From the NCBI RefSeq assembly GCF_009914755.1, contig NC_060941.1: a DNA stretch of 64,000 nucleotides. One strand, written 5' to 3'. The translations under genes were made by a program, and so were the position numbers. Source of the stretch: the human T2T-CHM13v2.0 reference genome, Homo sapiens. Below the pieces are notes generated by a model. That model searched no databases. It worked only from the letters and a program-made list of their open reading frames with translations, and had not been told where the DNA came from. Each line of letters begins with the position of its first letter. The first letter of the stretch is position 1. This document shows, in pieces, positions 43,730 through 56,413 of this stretch.

Positions 43730-44719
43730 TTGAGCAGAAGTCTTAAGTATGTTCCTCTGATTTGACTTGGCCTCCTGCACTCCTCTTTTCTGCCAAGAAG
43801 AGCATGCTATGTCTGTTCACTTGCCTTCAGTGACTGGGCCCAATATTGAAGACACATAGCAGTGTTCTGAACCTGACCATAGTACTGGTATCTAGCTAGC
43901 CCTATCATGCCCAACCTAGATCAGCTGACTCAGAGTCAGTCTGAAGGCTCATGAGCATACAGGCAATGTAAACCACTGAGATTTTGAAATCGCTATTTAC
44001 CCAGGAAAAAATGGTATATAATCAAATTCTCTGCTCACCAGTACTTTAAACATGTATTTTTAGTTTTTTCTCTGTAGCTACAATAAGTTCAGGCACAATT
44101 TATAGGACAAAGAAGATGGAAGAAAATAGTTTTAAGCAGAAAAGTAAAGTAGGACAGCCAAACTGGACTAATTGCAGTATTATTCCTTAAGGAGTGTTAT
44201 TAGTTTCTAAAATTATCAACTAATTTTTAACATTGGAACATTTTAAGTGAAAAGAGGTGCTTCACTAAATCAAATATATTGCTTTCGAAATACTAAGGCT
44301 GATTTTTTTCAATAAAAGGATTCCTCAGTTAAGGAATTACACTAATGGCATGCCTCTTTGTTTATGTAACTGTAAAATACTGCAATTTCATATGAATCAA
44401 TGTCAGATATATTCATGAAAGATTGGAAATCAAGGATGAGAGAAAGAGACTTGAAAAGTAAGTCTAGGAGATACAGTATTCATCTGACCAGAATTCCAGA
44501 GAGAGAAAAGAAATGTTGGAAGAGAAGATTTAGTCAGCATAGTAAGTGAAAGGGCCCAGAGATGAATGAGAAGAAAAAAAGTTAATCCTAATAAAATTCC
44601 TGAAATCCAAGGATAGAGAATAAATCCTAGATTTCTCCCAACAGAAGTTTGGGATAAGATAATAGTGGCCTCAACTAAGGTCATGGTTGAAGAAATGGAG
44701 AGAACATGGCAGATTGTGG

Positions 44720-46130
44720 ATTTGCCTCTCCTGAACATTTCATATAAGTGGAATAATACAAATGTGGTCTTTTGTGTCTGGCTTCTTCCACTTAGTACGT
44801 TTTCAAGGCTTTTGAATGTTGTAGCATGAATCAGACCTTCATTCTTTTTATGGCTAGATAATACTTCATTGTATAAATATGCCACATTTTGTTTATCCGT
44901 TCACCAGTTAATGGCATTTGGGTTGTTTCCACTTTTTGGCTATTATGTATGAATAATGCTGCTGTGAACGTTCATGTTCAAGTTTTTGCTTGAAAACCTG
45001 TTTTCGTATCTTTGGGTATATACAAAGGAGTGAAATGGCTAAGTTATATGGTAATTCTGTGTTTAACTTTTTGAGGAACCACCGTCTTACATTTCCACCA
45101 GAAGTGTATGAAGATTTTAATTTTGCCACCAACTTTTTTTTGTTCTCCTATTTTTTTATTATACCCATTTTAGTGGGTATAAAGTGGTCTCTCATTTTGG
45201 CTTTGTTTTTCTGTAATGATTGTTGAGCTACATTACATGTTCTTGTTGGCCATTTGTGTATCTTCTTTGGAGAAATGTTTATTCAAGTACTTTGAAGTTT
45301 TTTTTTTTTTCTTTTTCAAGAAATGGTCTCACTCTGTCACCCAGGCTAGAGTGCAGTGGTGTGATCATGGCTCACTGCAGCCTCAACCTCCTGGGCGCAA
45401 GTGATCCTCCCACTTGAGCCTCCCAAGTAGCTGGGACTACAGGTACATGCCACTGTACCTGGCTAGTTTTTTAAAAAATATTTTTTGTAGAAATGGGATC
45501 CCACTCCGTTGCCCAGGCTGGTCTCAAACTTATGGGCTCAAGTGATCCACTTGCCTTGGCCTCTCAAAGTCTTGGGATTATAGGCATGAGTCAAGACACC
45601 CAGCTTTGCCCATTTTTAAATTGGATTGTTTGTCTTTTTGTTGTTGAGTTGAAGTTGTTCTTTATACCTTCTATTAAAAGTAATGGCAAAAAACTGCAAT
45701 TAGTTTTGCACCAACCTAATAAATCAGGGGTGTCCAATCTTTTGGCTTCCCTGGGCCACATTGGAATAAGTATTGTCTTGGACCACACATAAAATACACC
45801 AACAGTAACGATAGCTGATAAGCTTTAAAAAATTGCAAAAAAAAAAAAAAAGTAATGTTTTAAGAAAGTTTATAAAATTTGATTTGGGCCACATTCAAAG
45901 CTGTCCTTGTCCGCATGCAGCCCACGGGCTAGATAAGCTTGTTCTAGATGTTAGACTCTATCAGATACATGATTTGGAAATATTTTCTCCCATTATGAGC
46001 ATTGTCTTTTCACTCTCTTGATAGTATCCTTTGTTGCATACAGTTTTTAATTTTGATGAAATCCAATTGATTTTTTCCTTTAATGCTTGTGCTTTTGGTG
46101 TCATATCTAAGAATCTATTTCCATTCTTTG
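44720..46130 (-). mobile_element. L1MB-type 3' fragment with nested AluJ (45298-45604), MADE1 half and MER30
   Basis: Peptides KKLNTELPYNLAISLL and FLDMTPKAQALKEKI. Confidence 0.85.
45672..45945. mobile_element. Partial MADE1 (mariner MITE) abutting MER30
   Basis: aaaagtaatggcaaaaaactgcaattagttttgcaccaacctaata, then caggggtgtccaatcttttggcttccctgggccacattgg. Confidence 0.8.
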
Positions 46131-46688
46131 ACTCTCCATTCATCATTTTAATGTTTTCTTCTGACGTATCTTCCAGTTTACTGATTTGATGTCTAATCTA
46201 CATTTACATCTATTTATTAAATTTTTAATTTCATAATTTCATTCCTCTGCTAAAATTTTAAACGTTTATTTTCTTAAACATATTTAGCATATTATTTTAA
46301 ATTCTGTCCCTCATTGTTTTGTATTCAGTATTCTTATGAGACTATTTCTGGTTTATATGGCTTCTGTATTTACTTTGTTCATGTTATCTTATCTCTGTTA
46401 TTGTTAATTAAGGGCTAGATGCTGTATGTGATCAATTATATAAATAATTTGAGACCTACGATGATATTACCTTCCTCCACAAAGATTTATGTTTGTTTTT
46501 AGTAGGCACTGTCAATGCAAAACTGTCTTAATTTAATTTTATGGGAAATATTTAGAGCTGAGCTTTAGTCCCTGTGAGAACCAGTCAAGTTTCAGTTCCT
46601 ACTTTCTCCTAGAGTATAGTTCTTTGGGCTTTTAACAAAAGTGTTGGAGTTTTGCTATCTCCACTTTCACCCCTTGGTGGGCCTTAGA

Positions 46689-46690
<2 letters not shown>

Positions 46691-46782
<92 letters not shown>

Positions 46783-46800
46783 AAAATTTATATATATATA
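46691..46800. repeat. Compound microsatellite (AC)15(TC)12...(TA)n
   Basis: Directly visible. Confidence 0.98.
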
Positions 46801-47418
46801 ATTTTATACCATATGTTTATGGTTCTAATTTTCCTTGGGAAAAGTTTATCTGAAGTACATAATTCTGCCATTACCAGAAGTGGAAGTCAACAGCATATAA
46901 GTAGAAGTAAACAGCATGTAATTACTCTTTTTAAAAATTAGAACAGATTCAAAGATCATTATATAATAATGTCAGTCTTACCCACTTGAATTTTTATGTA
47001 TTTTCTTGGAGGAGGGGAGAAAGAAATAGAGTTACAATGATCCTACTAGCAATTGCACACGATGGCTTGCTAAGCAGATAAATACCTTTAATGTGTGTCT
47101 TATCAGAAAAAAAGTAAGATCATTTCTTTATACAACTTATGTGGAAATTATTTTCTTGTATTTCCTTATATGATTGCATCTCTCATGAGATAGTGAACAC
47201 CTTATAAGAAGGAACCTTAGTTTACTCATCTTCAGTTTCGTAGTGCTAGACCTGGAATTGAGTACATAGTAAGTGTAGAAATGAATGCATGTAGTGAAAA
47301 TACTTTGATTTTTCACAGTGAAAATATTTGTTGTTCTGGATTATCCTATAAGATGTATTTTAATAGGGAAGGCAGGATCTTTTCTCACCAGCTCTTTTGT
47401 TCCATCCCCTTCTAACAG

Positions 47419-47490
47419 GTGGCATCTCCACAGAAAGCGACTGTGCTTTTGAGCCAGACTACGCTGTCCCGCCACTTCCAGTGAGTGAAG
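47419..47490 (+). CDS. TANC2: TANC2 coding exon, short form, 72 nt, phase 1-1: (G)[23 protein letters not shown](G)
   Basis: Acceptor ccatccccttctaacag|GTGG and donor GAAG|gtatgc. Peptide continues the recalled TANC2 sequence ...[28 protein letters not shown]. Confidence 0.92.
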
Positions 47491-47601
47491 GTATGCAGCA
47501 CATTCGGATTATGGAGGGCATGTCTCGCTCTCTTCCATCCTCCCCCTTACTCACACATCAGTCTATCAGTGTTCGGCTCCAGCCTGTGAAGAAGTTAACT
47601 G
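47419..47601 (+). CDS. TANC2: TANC2 same exon, long form via downstream donor (+111 nt, +37 aa: [36 protein letters not shown]..)
   Basis: Frame stays open past the first donor up to a strong ACTG|gtaagg donor in the same phase. The SLPSSPLL motif resembles paralog TANC1 (recalled [16 protein letters not shown]). Confidence 0.8.
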
Positions 47602-50264
47602 GTAAGGACTTTACCTAAATTTAGTATGTTTAACAGGAAACCTAACGATATGACACTTTAGGTCACGTCAGATGTGTATATTTGCATCTTTAGGTTTTTC
47701 CTCTCTGGCCTTCCTAATGTCACAGACTCTTGACACTAAAAAAAAAAAACTCCAACTGATTTTAATTTAGAGAATTAGAACAGTACTCAGTTTGACAGAT
47801 TGATGTATTTATTTTCTAAATGACCCATCTGTTGTGAACATATTTTTCTAGGTTTTCAGGAAGTTCCTGGTTTTGCCAGAATACACTGTTGTTCTGATTT
47901 CATTTATCAGCTTGTTCATGTCAGGTTAACAGATGGAGACATTCTAATTTTAGGATAATAGGAGCTTGATAGTTCAGCAAAGGTACATCAGTCGTATTTT
48001 ATTTGAAATTGTTATTTGTATATTTTATATATTTTTTTAAAAGATAATTTAGATATTTTCCTCTACACTGGACATTAACTTCTTAGGATATTTACTATAA
48101 TTCATAAGTTATGGATTATGTTGACTTTAATATGATCTCACAATATGTATTACCCATTTAGATCAAGTTGTTAGGTGTGAAACTGTGGCTTTATTAAATG
48201 AACTTTTGTCCTTTTACATCTTTTCAGGAAATAAATTTTAATATATAGTTGAAGAATGCTTATGTGTGAAAATATGTAATCCTGGGTCACTTTGTTAGAT
48301 TTCTTCTAGCATTATCAATATATCCCTGATGTCAGTAAGTTGGCTAGTATTGATGGGTTCTAAGTGCATGGAGGCATGAAATTAAGTTATTCACAAAGGA
48401 TATGTCGACTGTTTCCTGTCTGACATTGAGCTAGACAGTAGAGAAGTTTGATTATCATTATGACAATTCAGAAGAAAATGAGAAATGAAATTTTTGGGCA
48501 CTTCTGTCTATGTAGAGTGAAACTTTTTCACTGTTTATAATTTTCATTAAAATAATAGCATTTCTTCTATAGTTCTACAAAGCATAAATTATGCCTCTTT
48601 ACATTGTGTATTATTGGCATTTTCAAAAAATAAATGAATCAAAGTCACTTTGGCCGTTAGATACTTCAGTCTAAAGACACTTTGGTCATTAGATTAAAAA
48701 AATAGGTAAAATAGCCTAAAAACATAATATCCTGAAATACCAGTTCCCTTCTAATGTCCAAAAATATGATGAATTTTATGTGATTAGGCTTAAATAAAAT
48801 CTCAGTGCTTAGAAATTCTCCCTGTTTTACAGTCAAAGGTATTATTGATTACTAAAAATATAAAAATCCCAAATCTGTTGGCTGTCATGTGATGTGTTTC
48901 ATTTTACCACACAGAGTGGAAAAAATAGTAAGTCCAGTTTCTATGTAGAAGTGAGCTGGATTGCCTGAAGTTTTAGAGATACCGCTTTCCTATCCCATTT
49001 GCCTATCTTAATTTGAATGTCAACTTAATAGTCAACGTTTATTAAGAGATAACTATTAAATATAACAAAGTCAATAACATACCTAATATCACAGAGGTAT
49101 TGTAGTGAAGCAGTAATGCAGAGTGTAATTGATTAATGACATGTATGAACTTTTGAGTTTTAATTTTACAGTATTTGAAGCTTCTGTAATTTCTCATAGT
49201 TTAATTTACTGAAGACTATCAAAGGCCTAGCAATTTAATGATTAAGAATGCATTTTTAAATTTTGGAAGAAAACAACTTTACTGAAAGAGTATGTCAGGA
49301 AAATGTTTCTTTGGTCAATTTTCTGCCAAGTGAAGCAGATGATAAGAATTGTCTAGTTTAACCTGGAATGAAATTACTTTGAAATTCAAAATAAAAACCT
49401 CAGTAGATTATTCATCCATTATCCCTTCTTAACCTAATCATCAGTTACCCCTTCTTTTCTAATTATATCTTGTTATAAGTAAGTAAAAGGAAAGTTGAAT
49501 GGAAAAAAATTAGCCGACCGTAAAGAAATTTTCTCCAAAGAATGGTTCTTTCTTGGCATTAATTATCAAAATGCAATAATTTAATCAGGCCATTAGGACT
49601 ACACTTAGTAATTTCTCCATTTCCATACATTCAAACTTTCAAGTGCCTTGTATGTATTCATATTACCAACCAAACTGAATGAATAGGGCCAGAAGAGTCA
49701 TCATATTCTATTTTCTTTGTGACTTTCTAATAGTCTCTTGTCTCTGGCACAGTTAAAAGCAGTTTGCTTATTATTCTTCAGTGCTTTTTACTTAATCATT
49801 CAACAGATATTTGTCTAAGGCCCATTACATGCCTAGGCACTGCTCTAGATATGATAGAGTGGTGAAAAGGACCACTAAGACCCCTGCCTTCAAGGATTTT
49901 ATATTTCAGTTGAGAGAAGATGTAATAAATGCATAGCCAGTAAATAAATACTTGAATTTTAAATGGTGGCAACTACTACAAAGGTAATGCAATATGGAAG
50001 GGGATAGAAACTGGGGTTGAGGTAGAGTTTCCTTCTATGGAATGACTGGGGAGAGTCAAAGGAGGAGATAATTGAGCTGAGTTTTCAATTTAAGAAGGAG
50101 CCAGCCATGGGAAGATCTGGGATCGGAGCTTTCCAGGCAGAGCTAACAGTCAGAACAAAAGTCCTAAAGCAGAAATGAGCTTGGCATGTTCAAGGAATGG
50201 AAAGAAGGCAAGTGTGGCCTGAGCAGAGTAAGTCTGAAGGGACAGTAGTAGAAAATGAGTTAGA

Positions 50265-50592
50265 GCTGGGGCACGATGGCTCATACCTGTCATCTCAGCA
50301 CTTTCAGAGGCCGAGGCAGGAAGACTGCATGAGGCCAGAAGTTTGAGACCACCCTGGACAACATAATGAGACCTTGTCTCTACAACAAATAATTTAAACA
50401 AAATAGCTGGGTGTCATGGCATGCCACCCATATGTAGTCCTAGCTACCAAGGAGGCTACGGTGGGAGTGTTGCTTGAGCCCAGGAGGTGGAGCTGCAATG
50501 AGCTCTGATCGCACCACTGCACTCAGGCCTGGGAAACAGAACAAGCAAGACCCTGCCACTAAAAAAAATAAAAATAAATAAATAAATAAAAA
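50265..50592 (+). mobile_element. AluJ
   Basis: Diverged dimeric Alu, (TAAA)n tail, TSD-like gagtt(a/g)gag. Confidence 0.9.
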
Positions 50593-50660
50593 GAGTTGGA
50601 GAGGTGGGCAGAAGCCACAGTTTTTAGGGTCACGGTAAGGAGCCTACTCTGATTGCAGGA

Positions 50661-50917
50661 TTTTTTTTTTTTTACCTTATTTATTCTCTCTCTATTGTTT
50701 TTTCCTTTTTATTTTTATTTATTTATTTTTATTATACTTTAAGTTTTAGGATACATGTGCACAATGTGCAGGTTTGTTACATATGTATACATGCGCCATG
50801 TTGGTGTGCTGCACCCATTAACTCATCATTTACATTAGGTATATTTCCTAATGCTATCCCTCCCCCCTCCTCCCTCCCCCCACCTCTGGACACAGGAAGG
50901 GGAACATCACACACCAG
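50661..50917 (-). mobile_element. Very short L1PA 3' end with 5' inversion
   Basis: L1 3'UTR terminus followed by an inverted 29-nt L1 segment; TSD gattg(c/t)a(g/c)gatttt. Confidence 0.9.
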
Positions 50918-51050
50918 GATTGTACGATTTTAAACAGAGGAGGAACAGGTAGTAGTATGATCCAATTTACCTTGTAATTGAATCTTGTTGGCATGTATGT
51001 AGAGAATGAAGTATGAGGGACTAGAGTATCACATATTCATTAGCCTTGTG

Positions 51051-51350
51051 CAGTCAGCCCTCTGAATTCATGGATTCAACCAAACACAGATTGAAAATAT
51101 TTTTCTTAAAAAAACCATCTGTACTGAACATGTAGATTTTTTTATAATCCCTAAACAATACAGTCTAACAACTATTTACATGGCATTTACATTGTATTAG
51201 ATATTATAAGTAATTTAGAAAGGATTTGAAGTATACAGAAATATGTGCCTAGGTTATATGCAAACACTGTGCCATTTCATATCAAGGATTTGAGCATAAT
51301 CCAAGGAAGGTCCTGGAACCAGTCCCCCATGGATACTGGGGGACAGCCAC
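51051..51350 (-). mobile_element. MER2 (Tigger-family MITE)
   Basis: cagtcagccctctg...ggttatatgcaaa...ggtcctggaaccagtcccccatggatac termini. Confidence 0.8.
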
Positions 51351-54300
51351 ATAGGTTTTCCTGATCTTTAAATAGTCATTATTAGTCATTGTCTCCACTT
51401 CTAATAAGGTGGGTACTTATGTTTTCATTTTGTAAGATATGACAAAGGAGTATCCTTTTCCTATCATTGTTACTCTGTAACCTTTATACTCTTAACATAT
51501 TTATCTTAGTCTTCCATGCCGGTGTATATAAAGACTCATTTGCAGATATAGGTCCATTTCCAAATAGTTTGACTCATTTTCAGTCTGGAGGGAGTAAGAA
51601 TGGGTAAAGACCAGCTCAAGAATAGATATAGTTTAGAGCTTGAAAACTAATTTTTAAATGTATACACACCTCACTCTATTCAGTACAAAAATAAGTTAAT
51701 GTAGTAAATGTGTTCAAGAGAGACATAGACTTTGTGGTCCGACTGTTTGGGTTTATATCCCAGCTCTGAGTGTCACGTCACGACTGTTTGCTTCTGTTTC
51801 TTCATCTGTAAAATGGGGATAACAATAATACAACCGACTTCATGGGTGTTTGTCTTATTCTTATAATCACATTGTTTTATACTTTTTAAAAACCGTGTTT
51901 AAGGGCTCAGAAAGTGTTAGCCGTTATTGTTAATAAAATTTGTTGAGAAATTTGTAAAAATTGCTTTTCATGTTAGATACCAGTGGGAACTTTAAAGCTT
52001 CATATGTTTTTAAAGTCGCACTTTTTAATGAGTAATAGCAATAATAATGACAATAATTTTCATTATAATGCCTGTTGTGTGGCATACTCTTATTAGCTTG
52101 TGTTTTTGTCACTGGTGTCTCCACTTTACAGATGAGCAAATTAAGTTCATAGAGAGGTAAATGTCTTGCTGAAAGTAAAATGTCTTGTGGAGGATAATAC
52201 AGCTAGGCAGCGGTCAGAGTTAGGATTAATCCCCAGTCCCTCCACATGTGTCTCATTTTACCAAGAAGAAAATCAAGGTTTAGTGAAATTAAATAGCTCA
52301 TCCGGAGCATCTAGTATATCAATTAAGATTTTTATTGTTTCAAGTAATAAAAGATACAGCCAAATGGTTTAAGCAGTAAAGAAGACCTAAAAATTGGGCA
52401 GGTTTCAAGGTTCGTTGGGCTTACTTAGGTATTGCTGTGCTTTGGGGGCGATGTGGAAAAGAGTAAGCAGAGGCTCCCTGTGGTCTCTAGATTCTTGCCC
52501 AGTGCTCCTTCCAAGATGCTTTCCCATAGTATCATAAAGATCCTCAGCATAGATAGATGATTAAGGATGCTAAAACTTCATTCATTCAACTCTTACGGAA
52601 TTTATATTATTTACCCATTATGTACATTTGTTAAATTTAGTAAAACTTAAATTTTGCATATACATACTTTGGGTAGGGGTGAAAACTGGTACAACCATTT
52701 TTATGGCAATTTGACAATATGTATCAAAATTATAAGGCACATAATCCTTAATACACCAATCTTATTACTAGGAGTTTGTTTTACAAATAAGCTTGATCAG
52801 ATTTGAAAATGTGTATGTATGTGCGTACTATATGTGATATTGTTTATATAGCAAAAAATGAAAATCCAAATATTTCTCAATAGGAACCCATGTGTGTTTT
52901 TAAATGATACATATGCAGACATACATACACACATGCATGCGTTTGTTGGTAGCCTAGAGAGATAACTCTTACTCGGAAGTGGGAGAGGGATGACATAAGT
53001 TGTGCTGTATAGCTTTCTGTAAGTCTTATCTTGTATAAAATGCAAAATCTCTTGAGACAGTATAACAAAATGAACCCTGTCATTTCCTGACTCTGTAATC
53101 TCGCTCAAATTTGTTTAAAGTCTCTGTACTTCAATTCCCTTATTTCTAAACTAGGGTTGATAATAGTATCTACCCCATAGGAGTAATAAGAGAATTAGAT
53201 TAATTAGTACATGTAAAGCACGTAAGACAGCGTCTGGCATAGAGTAAGTAGTCAAAATGTTAGCTAAATTATTATTATAGTTTCTAAAGAGATGTGGGTA
53301 TTGAGTGTTTATCAGCTATGTCAAATATGTGTTCTGAGCTTTTGCAAGGTAGCCTTCAAGAAACAATTACGCTAAGTCAGTCAGTCTACTTTTCTGAGGA
53401 GTAATCTTCAAATACCAACATCAAATAGATTATTATCTAATCTCTGGGATAAAAAATGGCCTGATTTTCAAAGTATTTGTTGCCAATAAATTGGAATGAC
53501 CATGTGGCAATCCAATTTGGATGGTAAATAAGTCACAATAACTGATTTGATCATGCTGAGCCTGGATATTTTAGATGCTAGCTATGGCCAAAGCCATGAA
53601 TAAAAAGGAAACATTTACTTGTTCCAGAAACATCCTGGGGAAATCTTTGAAAAGCTCTTTTGACATTGAAAAGGGCCTATACATAGTGTTATTCTACATA
53701 GTCTGATATATTTTAGTATATTCATGATATGTTCTTTGCATAATAATATACTTATCCTGCAATTTTTGAAAACCTACTAGAATTCAAGATGTACTGTGGT
53801 GAATTTTATGATGGGAAAAAAATACAGAATTGCTGCAAAGATTAAATAAGATTTCTTAAACATATAGTCTAACATAACAAACATTAACAAATATTATTTT
53901 TCTTCTCATTTATATCTTGGAAAAAATGGAAACATAGTCTTGTTTTATAAACATCCTGGAAAAATTACTGAAAAGTGAATTGGAAAATATAAAGGGCCTG
54001 TAGATAGTATTAGTCTCTATAGTCAAGATTTATTTCAGCATACTTATAATACTGTGGCATCTGAGTAAATATCTTGCAATTTTAGGATAAACATTGGAAT
54101 TCATAATATAGTATAATGAATTTGTTAGATTAAAAAATATAGGAGACATGCATGGTAGTCTTAAGTTCCATCATTACTAACTGTTAGAGACCACATGTTT
54201 TTGTAAGGTTAAATGAGGAAATATATACTAAGACTTTTAAGCTCTTTTGGAATAATAGACTAATTAAACTATTAGATCTGGACCTCATTCAGGGTACTGT

Positions 54301-54502
54301 TTCTAATTTGGTTTCTAACTTCAGATTCTCTGGTTTATGAGATAAAGATTAGGCTATTGTAAAACAGTGTAGGATTGGAAAAAAGGGGGGGCCCTTATTT
54401 CCTTGAAGAGGTTATTTCTGTAGTCTTCCAAATCAAAAGTAGAGAATGTTAGAGGGTTATTACTTAATTCAATATAATAATTTCAATTATCATGAGTCAG
54501 TA

Positions 54503-54909
54503 TTGTTAAAGAAAACCAGAGCTCGACAGTAAAGTGGTAAAAACAGATTTTAGTAAGGCTCTATTGCAATAGTATAGAACTGGGCTCAATTCTGAATATA
54601 GTAAAGAATGTTGGGGATTTATAGCTAAGGAGCAGAGTGGGGCAGAGGATAGAATCAGTGGATGGAAAATTATTAAGAGGAAGCTTCAAGAGTAAGGGGA
54701 TTATTGCCGAACCAACTAAACAGTGCCTTGCTGAAGGCAAGCCATGTTGACCAGATTATCAAGGGTAGGGGGATTCTCACTAAACTGAGTTAGCAGGATT
54801 CTTGCTACAACTGGGCCAGGAGGCTTGAGGACAAGGCCCACGCAAGAACGTTGAAAAGAGGTATCAGAGGAACCTGACTAAAGTTTGGTTAAGGGGTGAG
54901 CCTTTGCCA
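54503..54909 (-). mobile_element. MER31/MER67-like ERV1 solo LTR
   Basis: tagcaggattcttgcta and cctgactaaagtttggttaagg; TG...CA ends. Confidence 0.65.
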
Positions 54910-55739
54910 CTGCGTATATGTTGAACACCTAAAAGGCGGCATGAATTATCAAACAAATAATCCTTTTGTGATATTTGCACACACTGGATTTCAAAATAAT
55001 TAAACCTTCTCTTTTTATATTTAACCTGTGAGGTTTTAGACAAGAAAGTAATTTTCTAGTTTTTTTTCTTTTCATATTTGAATGGAAGTCACTCATACAA
55101 AGTGAAAGTTTTATTTATAGTATTGTAGTGTTTATTTATAAAAGGATTATTTGTAGTAAGTGTAGTATTACTGTATGTATTCTTTTGAAATATAGTAGCC
55201 TTGTCTTCCTACCTCTATTCAGCCACCACTAGGGAAAGTTTGCGAAAGTGCCCAAATGACCCTTAATGAAGAGAGAGCCAAAATAACAAGTCATTGATAC
55301 TTTTAAGATGAAGTGGTTTCATTTCTGTCAGGTTAGATGATTTGCAAGGTTATGATGAAAATTGGAATGGAAGAAAAACAATAAGAAAAATATTTTTAAA
55401 AGTCAAATAAGATAAAATAAGTTGCTTGTCACAAGAAAGTGATTTCAGTTTCCCTTATAAAGACAAAGTTATCAGAATGTATAAAAAGCATTTCCAGGGA
55501 GTGTTATTTATAATAGATGCTTCTAAACAAATTGAGAGGAAGCTTACAAATAAAGGAATGAAAAATATATACCAAATAAATGTTGAGAAAAGGATAGTAT
55601 TATTTGCAATAATATTAAACACAAATAAAAAAGTTTTATTTGATATTTTATGCAGATACAATTCATGAAGTAGATGTTAACGATTATTGCTTTTTTATGC
55701 ATGAGACAACATGGCATCAAAATGTATAAAGTTATCCAA

Positions 55740-56225
55740 GAGAAAAGAAAACATATGTTCACACCAAAACTTGTACATGTATGTTCATAGCAGCATTATT
55801 CATAATAGCCAAAGAGTGAAAACAGTTTGATGTTCATCAGCTGATGAGTGGATAAATAAAAAGTGATATATTCGTATTATTTGGCATTAAAAATAAATGC
55901 TTTCATGATCCATGGTGAACCTTGAAAACGTTACACTAAGTGAAGGAAACCAGTCACAAAAGAACATATGTTATACAATTGCAGTTATATGAAATGTCCA
56001 GAATAGGCAAGTAATCTATAGAGACAGAATGTTAATTGGTGGTTACCTAAGGGAAAGGGGTCACCAACGATGGTATAGGTAGTGAATGCTTAAGGGTATA
56101 GGGTTTCATTTTGGGGTGATGAAAATGTTCTAAACTTAGATTATGCTGACAATTGTACAACTCTGTGAATGAACTAAATCCATTAAATTGTACTTATATC
56201 TCAATAAGGAAGTTTTTTAAAAATA
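55740..56225 (+). mobile_element. L1MB/ME 3' end
   Basis: atgttcatagcagcattattcataatagccaaa...ttggggtgatgaaaatgttcta...tatatctcaataa. Confidence 0.85.
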
Positions 56226-56283
56226 AAAACTTCATATAGTAAACATTAGCAATGAAAGGGAAAGTTGATGAATTTATATTTAA

Positions 56284-56413
56284 CCCATTTATGCCAGAGG
56301 CTACAAATTTTTTCATGTCAAAAATCAGACCTTGGCCATGACCTTGAGCAGTAGGATATAAATAACTCCCACAAGCTTAGCGTTCCAATAGTGGAACACT
56401 AGGCATAAATGAG
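56284..56413. mobile_element. MER85 piggyBac MITE (PGBD3-related)
   Basis: TTAA on both sides (56280-83, 56414-17), TIRs cccatttatgcc / ggcataaatgag, internal gttcca-atag-tggaac palindrome. Confidence 0.92.

Larger units (their letters stand above)
49790..51010 (-). mobile_element. L2 fragment interrupted by Alu and mini-L1
   Basis: cattcaacagatattt...ctaggcactgctctag and gaaatgagcttggcatgttcaagga. Confidence 0.7.
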
